From an uncultured Pseudomonadota bacterium (GTDB lineage Bacteria > Pseudomonadota > Gammaproteobacteria > Steroidobacterales > Steroidobacteraceae), in NCBI GenBank assembly GCA_963781815.1, contig CAWAHK010000003.1:495774-559773 (forward strand): a stretch of 64,000 nucleotides of DNA. The letters are read 5' to 3'. The notes below the pieces were generated by a model. The model did no database searches. It saw only the letters and a list, made by a program, of their open reading frames with translations, and was not told the DNA's origin. Both the position numbers and the translations under genes were made by a program. Shown here piece by piece: positions 63,543 to 64,000 of this stretch; position 1 is the stretch's first letter; each line of letters starts with the position of its first letter.

Positions 63543-64000
63543 GCCTGGTGTTTGCCGCCATCTGCAGCCACGCCCCCGGCATCACTGGTCGGGCGGGCAT
63601 GGCCGATCCGGCGCTGCGTGAGCCCTTCTACGCCGCCTACCGTGAGCTGCACGAGCAACTGCAGGCGCAGCGCCCGGATGCATTGATCGTGGTCGCCGCC
63701 GAGCACTTCGCCAACTTCTTCATGAACAACATGCCGAGCTTCGCGATCGGCATGGCAGACCGTTACAGTGGTCCGATCGAGGATCCGGACTGGCTCGGCA
63801 TCGCGCGGACCAGCGTTCCGGGAAATGCTGCCCTGTCGCAGCAGCTGATCGGCGAGATCATGCAGACTGTGGATGTCGCCTTCGCGGAGGAGTGGAAGTT
63901 CGACCACGGCATCATGGTGCCGCTGCACTTCCTCACTCCGGACTACAACCTGGACATCGTGCCGGTCAACATCAACTGCCAGGGGCCGCCGCTGGTGCCA
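63539..64000 (+). CDS. class III (LigB-type) extradiol ring-cleavage dioxygenase catalytic subunit, 5' partial (runs off the window)
   Basis: My own translation from ATG 63539: MSLVFAAICSHAPGITGRAG..RPDALIVVAAEHFANFFMNNMPSFAIGMAD..KFDHGIMVPLHFLTPDYNLDIVPVNINC. This is the LigB-family pattern. There is no stop before 64000, so it is absent from the ORF track. Confidence 0.75.
   Translation, partial: MSLVFAAICSHAPGITGRAGMADPALREPFYAAYRELHEQLQAQRPDALIVVAAEHFANFFMNNMPSFAIGMADRYSGPIEDPDWLGIARTSVPGNAALSQQLIGEIMQTVDVAFAEEWKFDHGIMVPLHFLTPDYNLDIVPVNINCQGPPLVP

Overview
GC-rich chromosomal segment (GC not computed) from a Gram-negative, proteobacterium-like genome: it has a TonB-dependent receptor, Omp85-type and other C-terminal-Phe beta-barrels, many lipoboxes and Tat signals. 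I call about 55 protein genes. I found no rRNA, tRNA, CRISPR array or intact transposase/integrase. Blocks in order: (1) 0-11 kb: ArsR-like regulator, a membrane-anchored TIR/TPR protein, catalase-related haem protein, deazaflavin-type reductase, Tat-PhoD phosphatase, a translationally coupled SPFH/flotillin + SH3-like pair, and a tiny EF-hand protein. (2) 12-14.3 kb: arsR-arsI-arsN2-arsC operon with a near-consensus promoter/operator but no arsenite pump. (3) 16.4-31.2 kb: envelope/surface island with Gly-tethered lipoproteins (one carries 10 tandem Big_2 domains), a PQQ-propeller/Big_2 lipoprotein, an OMP + MerP-like + MerT-like metal module, an ASST-like lipoprotein, an ECF sigma factor and a CadC-like wHTH/TPR regulator. 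(4) 31.6-49.9 kb: mixed housekeeping and accessory genes, including a B12-binding radical-SAM protein with a CX4CX2C motif next to an RluE-like pseudouridine synthase. (5) 50-64 kb: a large aromatic-amine catabolic supercluster. The minus strand carries hpaR, a TonB receptor, a Rieske oxygenase, a PLP decarboxylase, a class II aldolase, an ALDH, TTQ amine dehydrogenase large and small subunits and a cytochrome c. The plus strand carries homoprotocatechuate meta-cleavage genes. Unannotated structure: a dispersed intergenic repeat family with an anticodon-arm-like hairpin, several short gene relics (integrase, biotin carboxylase, FAD monooxygenase, TPR tail), and a TonB receptor whose signal peptide sits in another reading frame. 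All family assignments come from reading the translations and recognising motifs. No searches were run.
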